Positions 54,448-64,000 of a stretch of DNA of 64,000 nucleotides are shown here, piece after piece; position 1 is the stretch's first letter, and each line of letters begins with the position of its first letter. The stretch spans positions 32,114,124 to 32,178,123 of the forward strand of contig NC_068994.1 in assembly GCF_001194135.2 (NCBI RefSeq), given 5' to 3'. The notes beneath the pieces are model-generated. The model did no database searches. It saw only the letters and a list, made by a program, of their open reading frames with translations, and was not told the DNA's origin. Position numbers and translations under genes: made by a program. The stretch is from Octopus bimaculoides (taxonomy: Eukaryota).

Positions 54448-55018
54448 TATGTGAGGACATATTTTGCCATTTTCCGCATTCACACACACAACCATCCAAC
54501 CTCATATATATATCTAATATATATATATATATATTTTGTATGTATATATTTGTGTTTATTCATGTATATATTTATCTAATACCAGTGTGTAGCAGAACTC
54601 TCATAAAATTGTCATTGCTTTTTTTTTCTTTTTGTTTATTAGAGGATTAAAAAAACAACAACAACACAATGCATCAACATTAACAAGAACAACAAATCTA
54701 ATAAAAATGACAATGAAAAATATACATAAAAAGAAGCAATTTTAAACAACAAAAGAAACACAAAAATAGAACAAAAACAGAAATGCCATTGAAGATCTTT
54801 GTTTACATGGGAATTGGTGAATAAGTTAGTGGGTTCTTTAAAATTGTCTTGTTTATTGAAATGACAGCCAATTCTTGGAGAGCAGAGTTAATTCAGGGGG
54901 AAAATAAAGCTAATGTGTATTCAAGCAATATTATATTTAAGAAATATATGTGGATGTATCTGCCTATCTGTCTATTATTCTATTCATTTGTTTGCTTATC
55001 TATCTATCTATCTATCTT

Positions 55019-55066
<48 letters not shown>

Positions 55067-55106
55067 AATATCTATCTATCTATCAATCTATATATATATA
55101 TGTATG

Positions 55107-55138
<32 letters not shown>

Positions 55139-55258
55139 TGTATGTATAAATTTATGTATGTATATACACACAAACATATCCATGAATATATACATATGAC
55201 CTCTTCAGGGAAGCATAATGGAAATAATGATGATAATAATAATAATAATAATAATAAC

Positions 55259-55302
<44 letters not shown>

Positions 55303-56182
55303 TGATGATAATAACAACAACAAATNNNNNNNNNNNNNNNNNNNNNNNNNNNNNNNNNNNNNNNNNNNNNNNNNNNNNNNNNNNNNNNNNNNNNNNNNNN
55401 NNNNNNNNNNNNNNNNNNNNNNNNNNNNNNNNNNNNNNNNNNNNNNNNNNNNNNNNNNNNNNNNNNNNNNNNNNNNNNNNNNNNNNNNNNNNNNNNNNNN
55501 NNNNNNNNNNNNNNNNNNNNNNNNNNNNNNNNNNNNNNNNNNNNNNNNNNNNNNNNNNNNNNNNNNNNNNNNNNNNNNNNNNNNNNNNNNNNNNNNNNNN
55601 NNNNNNNNNNNNNNNNNNNNNNNNNNNNNNNNNNNNNNNNNNNTTTTCTCTATGTCATCAGAGTGTAAATACCGTTACAAATCTTATGAGTGAATTATAG
55701 TCAGTCTGATGCTGTAAAAGGTTATCTTATCAATGCCTGACCAATTCCATCTTCCATACTTTATACACTTCTTTAACAAAATGATTTCCATATATTTTCT
55801 TTGTTAGGCTCTGGCTTGTTGGTTGGTTGGTCGGTCGGTTGGTTTGTGCGTGTGTGTGTGCGTTTAAGTGTGTGTATGTGTGTGTATACATATATATATA
55901 TATGTTCATGTGTGTGCATGTGTATATATATATATATGTATGTATATATATTTATGTTTACATGTGTACACACACACACACACACACAGAGCCTATGGAC
56001 ATGTGGTCCCTTGCAGCCCTAAGGGTTCTTTAACTCTTATTTCTGATAATGTAGGTGCTACCCTGCACTGTTAGTCACAAAAAGTAACAACTGAATTTTT
56101 CCTTTCTGGTTTTATAGTGTGTATAACTGCCTTCATTATTTTATGCATATATATATATAGATATATATATATATATATATAT

Positions 56183-56409
56183 ACTCTCTCTTTTACTCTT
56201 TTACTTGTTTCAGTCATTTGACTGCGGCCATGCTGGGGCACCACCTTTAGTCGAGCAAATCAACTCCGGGACTTATTCTTTGTAAACCCAGTACTTATTC
56301 TATCGGTCTCTTATGCCGAACTGCTAAGTGACGGGGACATAAATACACCAGCATCGGTTGTCAAGCAATGCTAGGGGGACAAACACAGACACCCAAACAC
56401 ACACACACG

Positions 56410-56448
<39 letters not shown>

Positions 56449-56612
56449 GCGACGGGCTCCTTTCAGTTTCTGTCTGCCAAATACACTCACAAGGCTATGG
56501 TTGGCCTGAAGCTATAATAGAAGACACTTGCCCAAGATGCCATGCAGAGGGACTGAACCTGGAACCATGTGGTTGGTAAGTAAGCTACTTACCACACAAC
56601 CACTCCTGCACC
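56183..56612 (-). mobile_element. SINE family A full-length copy
   Basis: Reverse complement aligns to 4301-4716. Confidence 0.9.
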
Positions 56613-56683
56613 TATATATACATACATACATACATACATACATACATACATACATGCATGTATGTATGTATGTNNNNNNNNNN

Positions 56684-56724
<41 letters not shown>

Positions 56725-57005
56725 CATCAGTCTATGTGTCTGCTTTCCATGCAGGCATTGGTTGGACAGTTTGATAGGAAACTGGTTGCTTCAAACTCCA
56801 GTGTCATCTTTGACAGGGTTTCTATGGCTGGATGGCATTCCTAATGCCAACCACTTAACAAGGTGTACTAAATGCTACACTGTGTGTGTATATATATGTT
56901 ATATAAATATATTAAGATTATTATTAATAAAAGTAGTAATATAAGTGGCTAGCAAGCATAAAATAACCAAAAAGGTAAATTATTAATTTATAATCAGGAT
57001 ACAAG

Positions 57006-57438
57006 ATAGTACAGAGCATTGCTAGAAATAGGAGTAAATGGGTCAAGAGACACAGTAAATCATTTATATACACACTGGTGAGTTCGAGGAAATGAGTATA
57101 TAAAAAGCCACCTCACCAATAGTGAGTAAAAATCGCAAATGAGTTGCTGATGTACTCATATCATGTGTTTTTGGATCCTGTGATAAACAATTAGTCTTCA
57201 TCAGTGAGTATTACTGCCGAGGGCTAAAATAATACTCACTGATGAAGACTAAGTGTTTATCACAGAGTCGGAAACCATGTGATATGAGTACATCTGCAAC
57301 TCATTTGTGATTTTTACTCACTATTGGTGAGATGGCTTTTTATATAATCATTTCCTCGAATTCACCAATGTGTATATAAATGAATTAGTGTGGTTTTTGA
57401 GCCACTTGACTCTTATTTCTAGCAATGCTATATACTAT
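57006..57438. repeat. 433-bp palindrome (arms about 208 bp, 16-nt loop at 57214-57229)
   Basis: ...gtgataaacaattagtcttcatcagtgagtatta|ctgccgagggctaaaa|taatactcactgatgaagactaagtgtttatcac... with pairing out to atagtacagagcattgct / agcaatgctatatactat. Confidence 0.92.
57233..57290 (+). ncRNA. Hammerhead-ribozyme-like motif (degenerate)
   Basis: tactca CTGATGA a gact..agtc g GAAAC catg tgata tgagta. Stem I is 6 bp and stem II is 4 bp, but the cleavage-site region is non-canonical (GAUA). Confidence 0.5.
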
Positions 57439-57671
57439 ATTTTATATATAAATGCATTACAACAGAAAATGGACAAAAAAAAACAACAAAAAAAACAAAA
57501 CATTTGGCACCATTCAAGAACATTTAATTTAATTTATAATTTATAATATATACAAAGTGCAAAATAGTTTTGATAAATACATAAAGTCTCTTACAGCTCT
57601 TTCTAGAATAACTAAGCATGTGAATCATATGTTATTGAATAAAGAATTCCATGTAAACCAAATATTTCATC

Positions 57672-57711
<40 letters not shown>

Positions 57712-57720
57712 TATGTATAG

Positions 57721-57998
57721 AAATGTAGAATATTCTCAATCAAGGATATTATTAGTTACCAGTTCTTGGAGAAACCAAGAATTTTCAGGGGGAAAGATAG
57801 AAGTGTTTGGTATATCCATGATTGAAGAGTTAATAAAATCCTTGATAAAAGATAATGTCAGTTAGCTGTTCAATAGGTAAAGTTTCTAGGATAATCCCTG
57901 GGAAAGGATAATGGAAGTTACCAATTCCATCTCTGAATAGAAAGTTTCTCCAAGAACTGGTAACTATTAATATCCTTGATTGAGAATATTCTATATTT
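57721..57998. repeat. Inverted-repeat element (55-bp arms, 2 mismatches)
   Basis: aaatgtagaatattctcaatcaaggatattattagttaccagttcttggagaaac matches the reverse complement of 57944-57998. Confidence 0.9.
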
Positions 57999-58008
57999 TC
58001 CTTTTCTC

Positions 58009-58103
58009 TCTTTCTGATGATGGAATACTTAGCTGATGTGGAATTCTTTACTCAGTAACATATGATTCACATACTTGGATATTCTAGAAATGGCTGTAAG
58101 AGA
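58009..58103 (+). ncRNA. Degenerate hammerhead-like motif with an enlarged loop II
   Basis: tcttt CTGATGA t ggaata...tattct a GAAA t ggct GTA agaga, the same layout as 61642-61689. Confidence 0.4.
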
Positions 58104-59529
58104 TTTTATATATTCATCACAACTACTCTGCACTATGTTTATATTAAAAGTTATAAATTAAATATTCTTGAATGGTGCCAGAGGTTTTACATGTTCATTG
58201 TCTGCTATAATGTGTATCTACCCACTTAATGATGAACGACTTCTAACCACCTTTGATAAGAAATTTAAGCACCACATTTTCCAGTTGCATCTCAAACCAG
58301 GGTTTGTGTGATAAACCAAACTGAGCCCTCATAGTACACACCTATTACATTATGTCAGTTGACAAAGATAAAGATGCGATTATTAACATTTGAAAGTTTT
58401 TGATCCGAGGCTTACTAAATTAGGGTTGATCTAGTGCTAACAACAACAATGACAACAACAACATCACCACAAACATCGAAACCATTACCAACAGCAGCAA
58501 CAACATATTCTTATTAACTCAATCTAATGAGTGGGTGCCTGACGGTGCTTGACTTAATAGAAATAAAAGTCAAATCTCCCTCAAATGACATCTCACCACC
58601 CCAGTAGAGGAGGTATTGGATAGTGGAGTGGTGGGATGCATGCACTTTAAGAAGAAAAAAGACTTGATGGTCACCAGTGGAAAGCCTGTGATCATAGGTC
58701 TGCTCTATCAGGGAAGACTTGGGGCTAAACAAGACCAGTGGCCACAACAACAGTAGCAGCAGCAGTAACTACAAGAGCAACAACAACAGCAACATCAATA
58801 ACAACAACTCAAGACTTTAATTAAATGGCAATGGGATGCTCTCCTACTTAGTATGTAATGTCACGCTCAGTTTTAACTGATCTGCTCTGAGTGAATTCGC
58901 CTGTTTATACCAAACCATAAACAGGGTTCTTACCCTTTCTTTTTCCATTAACATCTTCAGCAGGTTCCTACCAAAGTTAATTGCTATCTAAATCACTAAT
59001 TATCACTAAATGCAACCTCTTATCATTACGTGAATTGTCTTTTCTTCAACGTCTTCCTTTTATGAGCGGACATACTTTGACCATACTCTGAAGGACGATA
59101 CTGGAAGTAGTGACCTCCAGGCAAAACTAAACGCCAAACTTCAGTTCTAATTGACCAATTGAAGGCATAGTAACACCAAATTTTAGTTCTACTCGACTGA
59201 TTCAACAAGAGATTGGATCCTCAAAAGAAATAGTAGAGAAAAAAATAGTTGAAAGAAGTACAGATAAGTTAGGGGTTAAGAAGAGAGAAGTGGGTAAAAG
59301 AAAGGGCTACTAGTTTGACCATCTGTCTATCAATTAGATTTGCTGCACTACTTCAGTTTCTTCTTGACTTCAAACGGCAATTATCAATCTGTTAAGTAGG
59401 CCATACTAATGCTACTAGTTCTACTTTGGCATTTACTAATTATTGTTGTAAATGAAGAACAGTGAAGAAAATAGATACCCAAATGAGAGTGTAAAAGAAA
59501 TAAAATAAAACAAAATTGGTAGGAAATGT

Positions 59530-59728
59530 GAAAAACACCACCACCACCATCATCATCATTATCCTCATCATCATAAACTTCATTACTTTCCTCCTCTTCC
59601 TCCTCCCCCTCCTCTTCCTTTTCCTCATCCTCATCATCCCCACCGCCACCACTACTGACACCACTGCCACCACCTCCAAAATCCCCACTGCCACAACGAC
59701 CAACATTGTCATCATTGTTATCATCAAT

Positions 59729-59796
<68 letters not shown>

Positions 59797-60085
59797 TATC
59801 ACCTTCATCATCACATTGCTACTTTTGTCATTACCACCATCAACATCATAATAACCACCACTATAACATCCTCACCGACACCATAACTAGACACCAATAT
59901 ACACTACCATTCCTGCTACCAGTATCACTACTACCACCACCACCACCATCACCATAACCATCATTAATGTCATTACCTTGACTAACATTATCATGATAAC
60001 CCTCACTGAACCACCATCATTATCTCTTCCAGCATCACTAGCACCATGAACACCACCCCAACCACCACCACCACCACCACCACCA
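59530..60085. repeat. Compound (CAT/CAC/CCT)n tract
   Basis: Seen directly in the sequence. Confidence 0.95.
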
Positions 60086-60591
60086 AATCAGTATCATTTG
60101 TTACTCACTTCCCCCACCAGCTACCTTCCTTTTTCTTCTATGCCTCTCTTTGAGGAGACAGCCCCTCAACATAATTGCCTGATTTTCTAGAAATGCCAAC
60201 CAAATCTTTCTGAAATCACATCCTACTACCTTTAGTCAGAAGGACATATTAGATAATGTAGTCATAGAGACATTAGACTGAAATATATAGTAATATGGAT
60301 ATGACGGAAATCTGTACTATTTATAGATGTACACCATGGACCAAACTTATCTTTAAGAAATAATATTCTTCACTCCTTCTATATAGAATTATATCTATAT
60401 GCAATGTGTATCAGTTGAATATGATTTCAGAAAAAATTTATAGTATGCTATGCAAAGCTTGTCCACAGTTATTGGCTATCAGCTGTAGTCCTACAGTGGA
60501 GATGCTCTTGTTACTGGATATACATTAGGAATTCCATAGTATCTGTAAAGTTTATATATAAACAAAGTTTATATATGTAATATATTTATGC

Positions 60592-60673
<82 letters not shown>

Positions 60674-60705
60674 ATATTTATATACATTTATACATATATA
60701 TATAT

Positions 60706-60848
60706 AGGCACATGCATAGCTGTGTGGTTAAGAAGCTTGCTTTTCAGCCTTATAGTTGCAGGTTCAGTCACAGCACTTTGGGCATATACTATAGCTGCAG
60801 GTTGACCAAAGCCTTGAGAGTGGATTTGGTGGATGAAAACTGAAAGAA
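60706..60848 (+). mobile_element. SINE family A head fragment
   Basis: Aligns to the 5' part of 4301-4716. Confidence 0.8.
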
Positions 60849-60955
60849 ACACACACACACACTTCCATTTTTCCTGAGTATTACACTAATACACCTGTTT
60901 GTTGCTTCTACACCTGTCTTTGTCTTTTGTTTTCAGTAAATTTGAACTATATATG

Positions 60956-61501
60956 CACAAACATACAGGAAGTAAATAGACACATTTAATTTTCAAAATC
61001 TTTTATTTGATGTTAATTGGTTGGTTTTCTTCTAGCTGCTCGTCCATAATACCCAAGCTTATGCAGATATGTAACACAGATTCTTGGACTAACTTCTAGC
61101 TGTTTTGCAATGTCAGAAGCCTTTGAATAGGGTTCGTTTTCCACAATTCTTTTCTAACAGCGAAGCTTCCTTTCCAAGGGCTCAGGTCGGCCTGGATGAA
61201 AATCTGTTGATTCTTTTCCTTGGCTTTTGAATTGCACTATAATTCTATTAACAGTAGCAAGAGGAATTTGAAGATTTTCGGCAATTTTTTGCTGGTTAAG
61301 ACGACCTCTTTGAAAATCTGACAGTTCTGCTGAATTTTTTGTGCATGGCATGGTTACTCTTCGCAAATGTTTAATATAATGGCACCTGGAATGAAAAAGA
61401 ATAATTACATTGTAAATTCTACACAGCTGAAAACATATTAAGATGTTTAGCTCAGAAATTTTGAAAATTAAAGTTGCCTATTTACTTCCTGCATGACTGT
61501 G
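60956..61501 (-). mobile_element. Internally deleted Tc1-like transposon with both TIRs and the N-terminal DNA-binding region
   Basis: [32 protein letters not shown]...GRP...LGYYGRAARRKP. TIRs of about 44 bp: cacaaacatacaggaagtaaatagacacatttaattttcaaaat versus cacagtcatgcaggaagtaaataggcaactttaattttcaaaat. TA is present on the right. Confidence 0.88.
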
Positions 61502-61641
61502 TATATAGTAGATAAAATTCAGGTTACATATGTTTCATAGCTAGCAGAACCTCCGAAGTAGGAATTGTATATATATATTAACAGACTGAGATAAAAAAAT
61601 CCAAGGGTGTGAATAGTTTTCAGAAGATTTATAAAGAGAAG

Positions 61642-61689
61642 GTCTTACAGCTGTTTCCGGGATATTTTATATATACCTTCATCAGAGAC
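61642..61689 (-). ncRNA. Minimal type I hammerhead ribozyme of the Penelope pseudo-LTR type
   Basis: Minus strand reads gtct CTGATGA a ggtatat ata aaa tatccc g GAAAC AGCT GTA agac: full core, stem I GUCU/AGAC, stem II, palindromic AGCU loop III and GUA cleavage triplet. Confidence 0.75.
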
Positions 61690-61999
61690 GGTGCGAGAAG
61701 ATGTTCAAGTAATAGTTATTATAGAGAAGATATGAAATACAGAGTGAAGTCGAGGAATGAAAATAGACGTGAGATATGTAAGGATATTGTATTTGTAGTT
61801 TCATTATTTGAGCAAAATGGTGTATATATACACACACATATATACTTATGTACTGTTGAAAAATACAGTACGTACAATATATATTCAAGTAGAATTTTGC
61901 AATGTAGTATATATTTATATATAAATAATACAGTATATATATATTAATTTATAAAATTTTATAATACAACGTATATATTTAAATATACATCTTTACGTC

Positions 62000-62165
62000 A
62001 TGGAAATAAAAAAGGCGAAGAAACAAAAGTTAATGTAAAGAGTGTATTTATATGAGAACTTGCATAGATAAATAAATGATCAGTTATTCATTTGTATACA
62101 TAACTTTGCATGTAAATACACTCTTTATGCCTACTTCTGTTTACATGCCATTTTGTTTGTTTTAT
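62000..62165. repeat. Decayed palindrome centred near 62080
   Basis: taaagagtgtatttatatg matches the reverse complement of catgtaaatacactcttta, with weaker pairing on both sides. Confidence 0.7.
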
Positions 62166-62356
62166 ACCTACAGCCATTTGATGTAAATCTTTTTTATAGT
62201 CAACCTCCTACACTGGAACTACTTGCAATGAATGAAGCAATTCTAGTTTAAGTTTTGCATTTATCTGAGAACTGCTTAGTGAATATTTATACTACACTTG
62301 GTTTAGTATTTCCCAAGTCACTCTTTACATTATTGTATATATATATTTTTTGGGGT

Positions 62357-62903
62357 AGATCTTGGTGGAATTCTTGTTTGAGCACCACATATAACCCCTC
62401 ATAACTTCCTTTCTTTTTTTGAATTTTCAGAAAATTTTGTGAATTTGTGTTTTACACATGAAAATTTATATGATTATGAAAAACAAATCTTTAAAAAAAT
62501 GTTTAACACCTCCCCTAAATCCTAAAAGTTCCACTCTTTTTTAATTCTTTTTTAAAGTTAGAGTTTGAAATATGGATTGTTCCAATTTTTTGCTTAAATC
62601 CCAGCAATAGACCACCCATGAGTGCATCGTCATTCTATAAAATATGTTTATGGGGAGAAAAATATTGAGAAACATCAATACATGTCAGAGTGACAAAGAA
62701 ACGAGGAAGGTATCAGATGATCATGAGATGTGTTAAAAACAACAGCTAAATCGCCCTTAAATCACACATACAAAAAAATATTTTCATAATCATATTAAAT
62801 ACCATGTGTAGAACACAAATTTGCAAATATTTCTGAAAATTCTAAAAGTAAAAATGTTATGAGAGTTATATGGGGTGCTTAACCTAAAATTCTGCCTAGA
62901 GCT
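62357..62903. mobile_element. MITE-like element with imperfect inverted arms of about 130 bp
   Basis: gagcaccacatataacccctcataac...gaattttcagaaaattttgtgaatttgtgt matches the reverse complement of acacaaatttgcaaatatttctgaaaattc...gttatgagagttatatggggtgctt. The superfamily is not identifiable. Confidence 0.75.
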
Positions 62904-63427
62904 TTCCTTTCACATTACTAGATCTCACTTGTCTTAATCTATCTTTCTAGGTATCTATAATCTATCTTCCCTTGCTCTTTTTGTTTACCTGTTTTCCTTA
63001 ACTATCTCTGTACTCTTTTTCTACTTTGTTAAGTCTGAAAGGATCACTGCTTCCCATCAGCATTACTTTACACAGACATCTTATTCTTGTCTCTTGTTGG
63101 AAGACATTCTTCATTTATGTACTTCTATTTCCTAGATTATTTGTTTCAAAGTAATATTTTTCTTGTTCATCACAGAGCTTGTCTTCACTTACCATCCAGT
63201 TTAGAGTCCTCTTCTCTACTTATTATTGTATCTGTTTCCTTTTTGCTTATCCACTCATCTTCATCCCAGCAGCTTTTGTTACTGACATCCCTAAATTGAA
63301 GAATATTACCATAGGTTTTGAAATTCTGGTGATATTTGGTTGATAACTGAGGATTTAAGTTTATCCACATAAATATACATAAGTATGTATGTTTTTCTAT
63401 TACCATGAACTTCCTCTTGTGCCAGAT

Positions 63428-63932
63428 TTATTATTATTATTATTATTATTATTATCATTTATGGTTTCCTTTCATCATAACTTTATTTCAGCTGCCTTAG
63501 TACTGGGCATCCTCCGGAGGCCAAGAGTAGCAAGGGCATTTTTGTTTTGCTATGCATGTTAAAATTATCACCATATTTATTCCATTGTAGATGGAGAGTG
63601 CTTTCTGTAGTATAAGGGTTGTACCCATCAAGGTTATCTTTTATAGTTCACAGAAATTGAAGTTACCAGGGAGTTGCTTAATATACTTCTCAGCTCCCTT
63701 CTTTATCATCCCCAATTCACCAATTATTACTGGTATTATCGTAGTACTAAGCTTCCACATCTTTGTGATTTCAATTTGCAGATCTTTATAGGGAGAAAGC
63801 TTTTCGTATTTCTTTGTTGATACATTTTGATCTTGTGGGACAGACACATCTATTAACAGACAAGTTCTTCTGTTGTAGTCCTTGATCACCATGTCTGGTT
63901 GATTGGAGTCAATTTTTCTATCTGTTGGTATA
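63428..63932 (-). mobile_element. 5'-truncated RLE-LINE 3' end with (AAT)n tail
   Basis: PTDRKIDSNQPDMVIKDYNRRTCLLIDVSVPQDQNVSTKKYEKLSPYKDLQIEITKMWKLSTTIIPVIIGELG...EL*KITLMGTTLILQKALSI. Confidence 0.92.
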
Positions 63933-64000
63933 TATTTTTTTTTATTATTGTTGTTATTATTATTATTATTCTATTTATTAAAGCAGAATCATTAGCGTGC

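Overview
Animal genomic DNA from a gapped short-read assembly (17 N-gaps). It is AT-rich and dense in microsatellites. The protocadherin style and the SINE/LINE content point to a coleoid cephalopod, most likely Octopus (inference). There is one clear protein-coding gene, a protocadherin on the + strand. Its large exon at 23356-25785 encodes a signal peptide, six cadherin repeats, a TM helix and part of the cytoplasmic tail. It probably splices through a non-canonical GC donor to a cytoplasmic exon at 30999-31146. The rest is repeats: two abundant tRNA-type SINE families, eight relics of RLE-type (R4/Dong-like) LINEs, a decayed Penelope-like element (RT plus GIY-YIG), mariner/Tc1/Tigger/hAT fragments and MITEs, and many long palindromes. 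The most interesting signal is a recurring set of hammerhead-ribozyme-like cores (CUGANGA...GAAA). One is nearly intact and of the minimal Penelope type, and several sit as inverted pairs in the arms of long foldback elements. No rRNA, true tRNA or CRISPR array was seen. All alignments and folds were done by eye, so repeat boundaries are approximate.
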